A stretch of 64,000 nt of DNA, taken from positions 9,858,001-9,922,000 of the forward strand of contig NC_134028.1 in assembly GCF_964204645.1 (NCBI RefSeq), read 5' to 3'. A program made the translations under genes and the position numbers. A model generated the notes under the pieces. The model was not told the origin of the DNA. It was given only the letters and a program-made list of their open reading frames with translations, and ran no database searches. The stretch comes from Tubulanus polymorphus. Taxonomy: Eukaryota; Animalia; Nemertea. Positions 43,387 through 54,846 of the stretch are shown here, piece by piece. Within the stretch, counting starts at the first letter, position 1; every line of letters begins with the position of its first letter.

Positions 43387-44772
43387 CTTGATCTCTTCTT
43401 TACTCTGTGAGCTTTTTGGAGCCTGACTTTCCTTTACTAAGCAGAGATGATATGACGCTTGGTCCATGACTATAAGGGAAGGTTCCTCTAATGCTGGAAT
43501 CAATTGGTCCTCGAGCCATGTTTCGAATATGTCTCCTGAAAAGCACATAGAATATGATTAGTTGCGAAATTGATGATTGATGTAGGCTGTAGGCGATCAG
43601 CATTTTTCATACGACTATTAGAGAGTGATATTTTTGATGGGTATACTTTTTTGAGATATCAGTTGTCACACAATCAGAGCAATTTATGCTATGGAAGGGC
43701 TGGCTGCTCAAAGGTTGTTTTAAATCAACTTTTGAGCAACCGGCCCTTGGGCCTAGTTTCACAAAAGTTTCGGCTCAACTCCAGAACAGGTAAAAGTAGA
43801 TCTGCGCAGAATCTAATCACAGCGGACTGGTATTTGAAATTAATCCGCATGGACTGTATTCGACTGATTCTAACCGTCGACCGATTTTACTCGTCGACAA
43901 TGTCTACAATCCTAAATGTCGACCGATTCTACTCGTCGACAATGTTTGCAACCCTAATTGTTGACCAATTGTACTCGTCGACAATGTCGACAACCCTGAT
44001 TGTAGACCATTTTTACTCGTCGACAATGTCTACACACCTGATTGTAGACCATTTTTACTCGTCGACAATGTCTACAACCCTGATTGTCATCCGATTCTAT
44101 TCGTCGACAATGTCTACACACCTGATTGTAGACCATTTTTACTCGTCGACAATGTCTACAACCCTGATTGTCATCCGATTCTATTCGTCGACAATGTCTA
44201 CAACCCTGATTTTCGACCATTTGTACTCGTCGACAATGTCTAGAATCCTGATTGTCGACCGATTTTACTCGACAATCAGGGTTGTAGACATTGTCGACGA
44301 GTACAAATGGTCTACAATCAGGGTTGTAGACATTGTCGACGAATAGAATCGGATGACAATCAGGTGTGTAGACATTGTCGACGAGTAAAAATGGTCTACA
44401 ATCAGGGTTGTCATGTTTTCAACGAGGAAAATAATTCAAACTTAACCAACAGGACCTTTACCAGATATTTACCACCAAAACTGACTGAGCTAGGCAATCT
44501 GATATGCTCTGAAGCCAAGTTGAAATAGACATTAATATGGATATTGAAAACAAAGACTTAATAATATTTACCATCCATTTGGTGATGATAATCTCCAGAA
44601 CCATTTTTTGCTTCAAAAACCAGGTTTGCACCTGGCACAAAGCCATTTCGACTTCCTGCATCTAAAATGATTAGGCGTGCACCTTTACCATTTTGCTCTA
44701 CTCGTCCGCAATCCTTACATGGTGGATGGGAAAAGTTGGTCATTCCTTTTTCCCAATTTTCTGTCCATTCGC
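43387..44772 (-). pseudogene. Two-exon fragment of an intron-containing IS630/Tc1-like (DDE_3) transposase-derived gene
   Basis: Exon 44772-44572 (GKGARLIILDAGSRNGFVPGA..DYHHQMD) and exon 43535-43387 (FETWLEDQLIPAL..SLIVMDQASYH) join in frame across a GT-AG intron, 44571-43536. The outer boundaries are also AG/GT. Confidence 0.75.
43870..44411. repeat. 42-bp minisatellite that reverses orientation at ~44270
   Basis: Unit CTGATTGTAGACCATTTTTACTCGTCGACAATGTCTACAACC; about 9-10 copies forward, then about 3 in reverse complement. Confidence 0.9.
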
Positions 44773-45218
44773 CTGTTGAAGATAATAGTGATTCCAGGTT
44801 TAAAAACAGGTAACATACAATGTACTTTGTCTTAGCAGAGATAAGATGCATGTGAAAAATATGGGGAAAAAATTTCTGAAAACTTAATTTTTGTATGAAA
44901 ATTTTTTTTCGAACATTTTTGCCTGGTAATTTCTTTATACAGTCAACCCCGATATACCGCCCTCCCATTTACTGCCATCCCCGCCTTCTGCCAGGTTTTC
45001 TCAATGTAATATCTCATTACCAATACATAGTAATACACCCCCGATACACCCCCTATATTCTCTATACCGTCAATATTGTTCTGCATCGATGTGGGCAGTA
45101 TATCGTGGGGGTTGACTGTAGTTTTACTTGTAGGCTGTATATGTTCTTCTATCTGTGGGCTCTAATGCTAAGTTATTCTACTATTCAACACCCCCTGGTG
45201 ACCATATAGAATAACTAA

Positions 45219-45561
45219 GGCTAAAAAAAATTGATACCTTGTTTCTCCGCTCTGCTGAGCTTAAATGTTGACCCGGCCGGCCGCCTATCTACTTTATACA
45301 TTACTTTTTTAAAAATCGTGATCAATTTTACCATAACAGACCCGGCCGCTATAGAAATGAACTGTTTACAAAATTTATTATATATTAATTAAATATGCCG
45401 GCCACCTATCTACCCTATACATTACTTTTTTTTAAATCGTGATCAATTTTACCATAACAGACCCGGCCGCTATAGAAAAGAACTGTTTATAAATTTCATC
45501 ATATTTTACAAAAATGACCCGGCCGCTGCGGAGAAACAAGGTATCATTTTTGTTTAGCCTA
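45219..45561. mobile_element. Harbinger-like MITE within the captured segment
   Basis: TIR AGGCTAAAAAAAATTGATACCTTGTTTCTCCGC / GCGGAGAAACAAGGTATCATTTTTGTTTAGCCT, TAA flanks, internal ~122-bp direct repeat. Confidence 0.7.
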
Positions 45562-48500
45562 ACTAAAAAGTTTGTAGGCCTATTGTATGATTTTCTATAG
45601 GCCTGAATGTATATATTTACTCGATTTTATATAAGGTTAAGAAGCAATGTATATGCACTGGTGTTTATAGTGCTCTATTTCAGGTTTTCTCTTTCAGGAA
45701 AATATATTTTGTGAATAGATTACCGCTTGATTTTTTATGTTACAGGTTACTGCAAAATCATCAGTTATTGTGATGCGTGCCGATGTCTCTGGATGATTCT
45801 GACCATGTCTAGAACTTCAACATCCTTGACTTATCATCAATTGGCAGCAGTATACATACATGCATGTTCAGAGAGTGTATGAAGAGAGTGTATGGACACA
45901 TCAACCTCGGTTCAAGGCTGTCCCTGATTAAATTGTATAATCCATATATAATATACATATAGATTGGTCCCATTTTAACTTACTCAACCGCTTGAATGTC
46001 TTGTTTGTTATTCGTAAATTTTCACTTATTCATTGATTGTTTCTGTAGAATTTTATATGTGATATATAAACGTGGAAAACCAGGGCCCATTGCACTAAGA
46101 AAGACACTTGACATTTTTTTGGGACAGATCTTTCTATATGTTTATGTCCTCGAGGCATCTGAAGTTAAGAAAATTCCCTTTGAAAACTGGAAATGACATA
46201 ATGAAATAAGTTGTGGAATGTTTAAATTCGACAAAATGAATGTATTTTGCATTCCTAAGGCCCTATATATTTACTGCAGTTAGTCCTGTATGTCTTTTTT
46301 ATCGCAATTTACTGTGGTTTATTCCTGTTTGTCCTGTATGTCTTTGTGATCGCGATCGCAATTCATTGGTTGCATTGTTTACTGTTAGTCCTGTATGTCT
46401 ATCGCAATTAAGTTAGTCCTGTATGTCCTGTATGTCTTAGTTAATCGCAATTCATTGGTTGAATTGTCTACTGTTAAAGCTGTATGTTCTGTATCTCTAT
46501 CGCAATTTCATTGGTTGCATTGTTTTACTGTTAAAGCTGTATGTTCTGTATCTCTATCGCAATTTCATTGGTTGAATTGTTAACAGACCTCTGTGTACAT
46601 GTAAAAATAATTAAGGTTCTGACAACAGGTTTGTAAAGTAATCAGCTATCTGTTTTGTCTATCGTTGCTTAAATTGTTAACTGTTGTTTTAGAGTTCTGT
46701 ATGTCTTTGTCGATCATTTTGTCTGCACTCAGGGGCGGATCCAGCATTTTGAAGGGGGGGGGGGCAAATGAAAGCAACAACAGATGGCTATAAGCCATTC
46801 CAGAGCAAGCACCGATTACGCGAAGACCCTCCCTAAACATTTTTTGGAAAATAGATGCAAGCAGGTGCATTCTGAGCATTACTTAATAGAAAGATTTCAT
46901 TCGGTTTTTAGTCAGTAACGCATAGATTTGCGGCTACATCGGTAATAAATAGAGGGTCGGATCCGCCACTGAATAGCTATTGTTTTGTGTAGGATTGTAT
47001 CTGTGAATTAAGTAAAGTTACTTACTCCAGTCTGATGTTATTGCTTATTGCTCGTATTTTATTGTTTTAAGTGTGCGAATATTTGTCCTAGATTTATGGA
47101 GATCAGGATGACGAGGGTTCAATTTGAACCAACAAATAAACAAAAACATTCAAACCTCAAATTAATCCGTTTACTTGTCTTTATTTTTGGGGAACATTTT
47201 TTTACCTAGTTCAGATTTGATAACACAGTAGTCGCTTGTTCCAAAGCGATGTGCCGTTGAAGACAGACCTGAAGGTCTTTGCCGACAGCGATGCTATCCA
47301 GGATTTCAAAGGATGTGAAGAAGGTGCATCTTCGACAACCATAGTTTGCAGTTTTAACAATTTAAAACAATAGATTCATTAACAACTTAAAATTTAAAGG
47401 TTTAGTGGACTCATGTTTAACCAGGGCAGGGATTTCTCGCAACCGTACATGATATATACATACACTAGCAGTAAATACAATGTACTTCTAACCCTTATAA
47501 AACTTAAACTATTATTAGTTATTTTACAATTATTAAATGGCAACGTTTAAATGCGATGTGCGCTCAGAGCGGCCGTAGTGATTTTGGCGTATTGTGGGAT
47601 TCGAACCGCTCGGAATTTGTACTAGTGACGTCACTCGCCATCGACCAAAACAGGCTTTCAACCTTTTGCCCCGGACGTACCCACCAACGGTGAAGAGGCA
47701 CGAAGAGATAGGGGGCGCCCCGAGAGGATACGGGCCGTGTGTGAGGCCTAAGTTGGGTGGAGGCGGGACAAGCACAGCTGCGCAGGAGTTGCTTGTCCCC
47801 CGCGAAATCCAAATATTACTGAGAAGCTATTTTGGTTACCGTGTCCACGGAATCCGTTACAAAAGCCTGTTTTGGTCGATGGCGAGTGACGTCACTAGTA
47901 CAAATTCCGAGCGGTTCGAATCCCACAATACGCCAAAATCACTACGGCCGCTCTGAGCGCACATCGCATTTCAACGTTGCCGTTTAATAATTGTAAAATA
48001 ACTAATAATAGTTTAAGTTTTATAAGGGTTAGAAGTACATTGTATTTACTGCTAGTGTATGTATATATCATGTACGGTTGCGAGAAATCCCTGCCCTGGT
48101 TAAACAGTAAGTCCACTAAATCTTTAAATTTTAAGTTGTTTAATGAAACTATTTTTGTTTTAAATTGTTAAAACTGCAAACTATGGTTGTCGAAGATGCA
48201 CCTTCTTCACATCCTTTGAAATCCTGGATAGCATCGCTGTCGGCAAAGACCTTCAGGTCTGTCTTCAACGGCACATCGCTTTGGAACAAGCGACTACTGT
48301 GTTATCAAATCTGAACTAGGTAAAAAAATGTTCCCCAAAAATAAAGACAAGTAAACGGATTAATTTGAGGTTTGAATGTTTTTGTTTATTTGTTGGTTTA
48401 AATCGAACCCTCGTCATCCTGATCTCCATAAATCTAAGAAAAGTATTCGCACACTTAAAACAATAAAATACGAGCAATAAGCAATAACATCAGACTGGAG

Positions 48501-48939
48501 TAAGTAACTTTACTTAATTCACAGATACAATCCTACACAAAACAATAGCTATTCAGTGGCGGATCCACCCCTCTATTTTTACCGATGTAGCCGCAAATCT
48601 ATGCGTTACTGAGTAAAAACCGAATGAAATCTTTCTATTAAGTAATGCTCAGAATGCACCTGCTTGCATCTATTTTTCCAAAAAATTTTTAGGGAGGGTC
48701 TTCGCGTTATCGGTGCTTGCTCTGGAATGGCTTACAGCCATCTGTTGTTGCTTTCATTTGCCCCCCCCCCCTTCAAAATGCTGGATCCGCCCCTGAGTGC
48801 AGACAAAATGATCGACAAAGACATACAGAACTCTAAAACAACAGTTAACAATTTAAGCAACGATAGACAAAACAGATAGCTGATTACTTTACAAACCTGT
48901 TGTCAGAACCTTAATTATTTTTACATGTACATACAGAGG

Positions 48940-49860
48940 ACTGTTAACAATTCAACCAATGAAATTGCGATAGAGATACAGAACATACAGCTTTAACAGT
49001 AAACAATGCAACCAATGAAATTGCGATAGAGATACAGAACATACAGCTTTAACAGTAAACCATGCAACCAATGAATTGCGATTAACTAAGACCTACGAGC
49101 AATTATCAAGTTTGATAATTGCTCGTAGCTAAGACATACAGGACAAACAGGACTAACTTAATTGCGATAGACATACAGGACATACAGGATTAACAGTAGA
49201 CAATTCAACGAACGAATTGCGATTAACTAAGACATACAGGACTAAACCACAGGACATACAGGACTAACAGTAGACAATTCAACAACCAATGAATTGCGAT
49301 TAACTAAGACATACAGGACATACAGGACTAACTTAATTGCGATAGACATACAGGACTAACAGTAAACAATGCAACCAATGAATTGCGATCGCGATCACAA
49401 AGACATACAGGACAAAACCACAGGACATACAGGACTAACAGTAGACAATTCAACCAATGAATTGCGATTAACTAAGACATACAGGACATACAGGACTAAA
49501 CCACAGGACTAACAGTAGACAATTCAATAACCAATGAATTGCGATTATTTAAGAAATACAGGACTAACTTAATTGCGATAGACATACAGAATATACAGGA
49601 CTAACAGTAAACAATGCAACCAATGAATTGCGATTAACTAAGACATACAGGACATACAGGACTAACAGTAGACAATGCAATCAATGAATTGCGATTAACT
49701 AAGACATACAGGACATACAGGACTAACTTAATTGCGATAGACATACAGGACTAACAGTAAACAATGCAACCAATGAATTGCGATCGCGATCACAAAGACA
49801 TACAGGACAAACAGGAATAAACCACAGTAAATTGCGATAAAAAAGACATACAGGACTAAC
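48940..49860 (+). repeat. Complex minisatellite in the MULE subterminal region (CATACAGGAC / AACCAATGAATTGCGAT units)
   Basis: Irregular tandem repeats. The counterpart in copy A (46280-46580) is about three times shorter. Confidence 0.85.
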
Positions 49861-50638
49861 TGCAGTAAATATATAGGGCCTTAGGAATGCAAAATACATT
49901 CATTTTGTCGAATTTAAACATTCCACAACTTATTTCATTATGTCATTTCCAGTTTTCAAAGGGAATTTTCTTAACTTCAGATGCCTCGAGGACATAAACA
50001 TATAGAAAGATCTGTCCCAAAAAAATGTCAAGTGTCTTTCATAGTGCAATGGGCCCTGGTTTCCACGTTTATATATCACATATAAAATTCTACAGAAACA
50101 ATCAATGAATAAGTGAAAATTTACGAATAACAAACAAGACATTCAAGCAGTTGAGTAAGTTAAAATGGGACCAATCTATATATATTATATATGGATTATA
50201 CAATTTAATCAGGGACAGCCTTGAACCGAGGTTGATGTGTCCATACACTCTCTTCATACACTCTCTGAACATGCATGTATGTATACTGCTGCCAATTGAT
50301 GATAAGTCAAGGATGTTGAAGTTCTAGACATGGTCAGAATCATCCAGAGACATCGGCACGCATCACAATAACTGATGATTTTGCAGTAACCTGTAACATA
50401 AAAAATCAAGCGGTAATCTATTCACAAAATATATTTTCCTGAAAGAAAAAACCTGAAATAGAGCACTATAAACACCAGTGCATATACATCGCTTCTTAAC
50501 CTTATATATAATCGAGTAAATATATAGGTGACTAAGTGACGGTCATTATAGGCTTCTACGTTCACCATGGGAAATGAAAATATTTCTAACGTCAGGGATT
50601 CATTCGAAACCCGATCAATAATATTCAATACAAACTAT

Positions 50639-52830
50639 TTAGGAAATCGGGTCACAATGAAAACAAAACCACCTGATATGTTCAGGAGGAGCCTCATTGA
50701 TTGGAGCACATTTCCAATGATACCATCTATGGCAATTATCACATTCAATTGAGAATGTGGACTTTTTCTTAGGATTAGCATTGCAGTTTTTGTGGCAGAC
50801 AGGGCAGGTTTCAGCAACTAACTGAGAAGGGGTTTTTTCAACTTTTGATGAAAAAAGATTATCTAGTTTCAATTTTGCTAGGTTTTGGAGGCCTGCATTT
50901 CCAGGTTGATCTATAAGAATTTCTAATTCTTTTTCAGAATTGGAATTATTGATTTCTGTAATAGGAGAACTGTTGAGATAATCATCTCTATTATTATAAT
51001 CGATTACAATAGATTTTTTCTTATGATGATTATGTTCAATACCAATGTGCTTTTGAAGGAATGTTTCACTTGCATATGAATTAATAACCCCATCTGCCCA
51101 ACAAATAGCACATGAGATAGGTTTCAAAGATGAATGAGAAGTGGATATGTGCCTATCTAGTTCCCTGCGACATGAACAAAGATATGGAGGATTTATTTTG
51201 TCTTTAATACAAAAGGAACAGACAATACTTTTTTCAAATAAAACAGACTTCGAGTCATTTTTAACAACTGGTATTGACTTAATATCTTTTGGTTTGGTAT
51301 CTTTTGATTTTTTCGGTAAGGATGATTTATTCTGACTTAAAATATCTGCTGAAAATTCGATATCATTGCCAGGATCTGGATCAGTGGAGTCTATGGTTTC
51401 AATTTCTGATATTTTAGCTTTTTTACCTAGTTTGATAGCAGCATTTTCAACCATAGCAGAAAAGGATACACCTCTGTTAGCAGGTCTAATTATCTTTCGC
51501 CCTCCGTGTCTTGCATTCTCAGCATCTTTAGGCATTGTAACCTTAGGGCAGTAAGGGTCTATCACTTCAAGTTCAGGAAGGTTTATGGCAACCTGATTGT
51601 CCTTGATTGGACCCTCAGCACGCCTATGAGCCATATTGTGAGGTTGTCGTTTGGCTGGTCGTCCGCTTATTAACTTAATTCCACAGTGGCTTTCATTATG
51701 TAAAATACTTAGAATGTGCCCTTTCCGAGCAGCATTGATATCATTCGAGCTAGCAATGTGGGAATGATCTTTTAACTTATCAATGAGGGTAGATGAAACA
51801 GAACTATTTTGTCGAGTAAAATTGTAAGTTGGCAGAGGCTCCACAATGTGGAATTTATATGCATCAATTAAAGCCTTCGTTGTGGTTATATTGTTTTTTT
51901 GGGCAAAACAGGCAAAAAGATGTTTGCAAAAATATGGTTGTCCAATCATTATAAAAGCTTCACAAGTACATATACCTAGTTTCAAATTGATTAAATGGCA
52001 ATTACCATCTACGTATGAAAGACAATTTTCAGGAACGATTGTAATAACGTAATTGAATAAGATACGACTGGATATTGAATCTAAATTTCCTATGTACCTT
52101 CGGCATTTTTTTGAAATGTCATATGAATGTTCCTCGGATATTGATACTTTATCGGGGAATCTTTCTTCTAAAACATCAAGCTGATTGAATGTATATTGAG
52201 TATCACCATTGAAAAAATTATCATTATCTTCTAACCTATTTAAGTTCTTTCGTGAAGAACTCTTCACAACAAACCAATTAGTTTCTTCATCATATTTTAA
52301 AATCTCATTATTCTGTAATAAATCAAAGGCTCTTTTGCAACACTTTTCTATCTTTTCAAGGTGACGTATATTCTTAACTCGTTGGTCAAGTTGCTTAAAT
52401 TGGAGATTGTTCATATTTGTCGCTTTGATCTCATCATTAAAAACATTTTCAAACAGTAATCGCACAAAAGGGGATATCAGTCTATTTAGGTGTCCACTTA
52501 AGTAGACATCATCTATTTGTTTGAATTTGCGCTCAGTAATATTATCAGTTAATAGCAAAGGGTTATTTCTGTTAGATTGACTGACTGATAAATTGATTCA
52601 GCATTGAATGCATCAGACCAAATTTGGGAATTAAACCAATTCTTCTTTAGGTAATCAATAAATAATGTTTTTGTATCTTGCGACATAAGGTCTAAAGAAA
52701 TATCATTCTCAATAAAACTAATAAATGAATTGGCTATATCAGTTCTAGAGGAAGCATCCCATGATCTCATAATGCATTTGAAACCAGTTTCTAGAGGCTT
52801 GCAAAATAAGCGAAGTTCTTGATTTTCATT
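50639..52830 (-). pseudogene. MULE transposase, N-terminally deleted and frameshifted; retains the catalytic-E region, SWIM, two C2H2 fingers and a PHD finger
   Basis: FIDYLKKNW..W..A followed, after a frameshift at ~52555, by TDNITE (MULE TNNxxE motif). SWIM CTCEAF...CKH; C2H2-like CSFC..H..H and CAIC..H..H; C-terminal C4HC3 PHD (CPVC..IECDNCHRWYHWKC..WFCFHC). Confidence 0.85.
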
Positions 52831-54630
52831 TCATATACTGCCTACGGCTACTGCGACTGGTGGTTCGGTTGGCAGAAATTACTTGTTAACATGGGGGGGG
52901 GGGGGGAAGTAAGCGTGGATGAAGACAAATTAATTTAGCCGAGTAAGTAGCAAGTAAGTGAAGTAGTGGCAGTACAGTAGGCCTAGCGACAATGTGAGTG
53001 TGGTGGTAACGTGGCCGTGGTGGCAATAACAAGACTCCAAAACTGGATGGCAAAAGCCAAAATTATAAAGCCCTGCCGCCGCGCGGTCGCGACGCCTCGC
53101 CTGCACCACCGTGTACGATGCTCGCGGCGTTCACCAGTGTTACCCAGTGAGTTTTTTATAATCTTGCAATCTACCTCTTTAAAAAAGACAAGCTTAACAC
53201 GTTCGGAAAACATGATTCACAATCTTTTAATCAACAGCCAGCAAGAATACACTTGACAGCAAATTCAAATTCAGCGGTTAACCGTTAAAAGTGAGTTGTT
53301 TAGCTGTGGGAGTAACAAAAAGGCGATCTTGATGACGTCACTAGCCATCGACCAAAACAGGCTTTCAACCTTTTGCCTGTTTAACCCGTTTAGGTTGATG
53401 TTCCGGCAGCGGCTCCGTTATTTCCGGGTTTCCCGAATATTATTAACCCCTTTTTTTAATTGTATTGAAAATCATTCTATCATCCTTGTCGCGCGCGTAG
53501 GGTTTGAATCCCTTTTAACTCCATACTTATAATTCTTATATGTCTATTTATTCTTATATTTGTATCGTGTACGTTACCTTTTAGTCGGTGATGTTTATTT
53601 ATCTTTCACCAAGCATCTTAGTGTCTGATGTACCACAGTTGGTTACACTAGGATCGTAGAGCGACAGATCACTGGTGGAGACAACCACTGCCAGTGCTGG
53701 GTGAAATTCATCTCCGATCGCGTGTCCGCGGTGACCTTTTTTAGCCGGCGTGCGGTTGCCCGGTCCCACTCCCATCGTTGCTGGAATCAAGCCAACTGTG
53801 AAATCATTGTACATTTGTCGTCGTCCTCGCGGGAAGCCGATTGTCCGTGCGGGCGTGTCCCCGGACAATCGGTACTGCAAATATGTTTATCCGGACAACA
53901 GAAAATCGTAGGTTCCGGACATCTCATTAATTCAATTGTATATTTGTCGTCGTCCTCGCGGGAAGCCGATTGTCCGTGCGGGCGTGTCCCCGGACAATCG
54001 GTACTGTAAATATATTTATCCAGACAACAGATTAGCGTATGTTCCGGAACCAAGTTAAATTATAAGTATAATCGTCGTCCCCGGGAAACAGTTCCGGTCG
54101 TTATTTCCTGAACCACCGGGTTTTGTGTAACATGTTCGTTCCAGACAGCAAATGCCAGTTATTGTATATATGTTTAATCTCGAGCCCTAAAATAATCATT
54201 AATACCCAGTTCAAACGACTGTAGTTCTGTCATTGAGGTCAGCGGAGGTCCTGCCCGCTCTAGGAGGTCAGCTTGCGCATCGTATGAATTCCGGACGGTG
54301 GGGGGTTCAACACGCTACCAAGAATAGGACGATAAGAGGAGAGGAACTTCATCCAGCCGTATTACTCGCCTTCAAGAGAAGGATGAGCGGACCCGGACGG
54401 ACCCACTGACGGAGAAACCCGCGTAGACACGAGGACTAGGTCCGGGACCGAGGGGCGGTTGGAGGCCTCCAAGACATGTTGTTATTGAGCGTCGTCCCGT
54501 GACGCCTGGCGTACGGGAGGCCTACCGGTGCAGACACAGCTGCAGGAGTTGTCTGTTCTGATGAATATTTTCATGAGTGATTTTGACCGGGGTGTCAAAT
54601 GGTTACCGTGTCTGGGAAATCCGTTACAAC

Positions 54631-54648
54631 TGGTGGCAGCGGTGGGAT
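54631..54648 (+). promoter_or_regulatory. Primer-binding site complementary to the tRNA-Leu 3' end
   Basis: TGGTGGCAGCGGTGGGAT, 2 nt after the LTR end; complement of ...ATCCCACCGCTGCCA-CCA. Confidence 0.85.
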
Positions 54649-54846
54649 GATGAAAATTTAACGCAAGTGACGAATCCTGAATCCGGATGCTAGGAGTGTG
54701 TCTCCGCTGACCTCTGACCTCTGCTGAAAAACAAAATTAGTGCATTCTGCTATCTGCATTGCTATATGTATATATACATTGTTATTATTATCCATCCCTC
54801 TATAATACTAAACCACGTAATAACCATTATTCGTATGTAGATTGAG

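Larger units (their letters stand above)
42905..47669 (+). mobile_element. Mutator/MULE DNA transposon (inner copy A), non-autonomous, carrying captured DNA
   Basis: TIRs GCAAAAGGTTGAAAGCCTGTTTTGGTCGATGGC at both ends; 9-bp TSD CCCGGACGT at 42896-904 and 47670-78. 42905-43319 and 45610-47669 match copy B in reverse complement. Confidence 0.92.
41688..47861 (+). mobile_element. Solo LTR (~1.4 kb net) of a sister Gypsy family, inserted in the MULE TIR
   Basis: TGTAGCG ... CCGTTACA ends. Shares blocks with the Gypsy LTR (CCCGGATTTCACCGC, CCAATCACGCGTGTCCGG, GAGCGGACCCGGACG, GGTTACCGTGTC). TATAAA at ~42234, AATAAA at ~42674. Flanks AAGA / AAAG are an imperfect 4-bp TSD; no PBS follows. Confidence 0.82.
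41673..53376 (-). mobile_element. Mutator/MULE DNA transposon (outer copy B), internally deleted
   Basis: 9-bp TSD CTGTTTAAC at 41664-72 and 53377-85; the 3' LTR has a single copy of this site. TIR GC(A/T)AAAGGTTGAAAGCCTGTTTTGGTCGATGGC, with the left TIR split by a solo LTR. Contains a transposase remnant. Confidence 0.9.

Noticed and set aside
43570-44346. 258-aa repetitive ORF and the antisense Cys-rich ORFs
   Set aside because: By-products of a 42-bp (3n) repeat within an intron.
43870-44411. CRISPR-like array
   Set aside because: No unique spacers and no cas genes; the context is eukaryotic. It is a tandem minisatellite.
45610-50526. Palindrome as an assembly artefact
   Set aside because: The arms differ by substitutions and minisatellite length, and each MULE has its own perfect 9-bp TSD. 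Long-read confirmation is still desirable.
53605-53710. Hammerhead ribozyme or C/D snoRNA
   Set aside because: The core reads CTGATGT rather than CTGATGA, with no correctly placed GAAA or C/D box pair.
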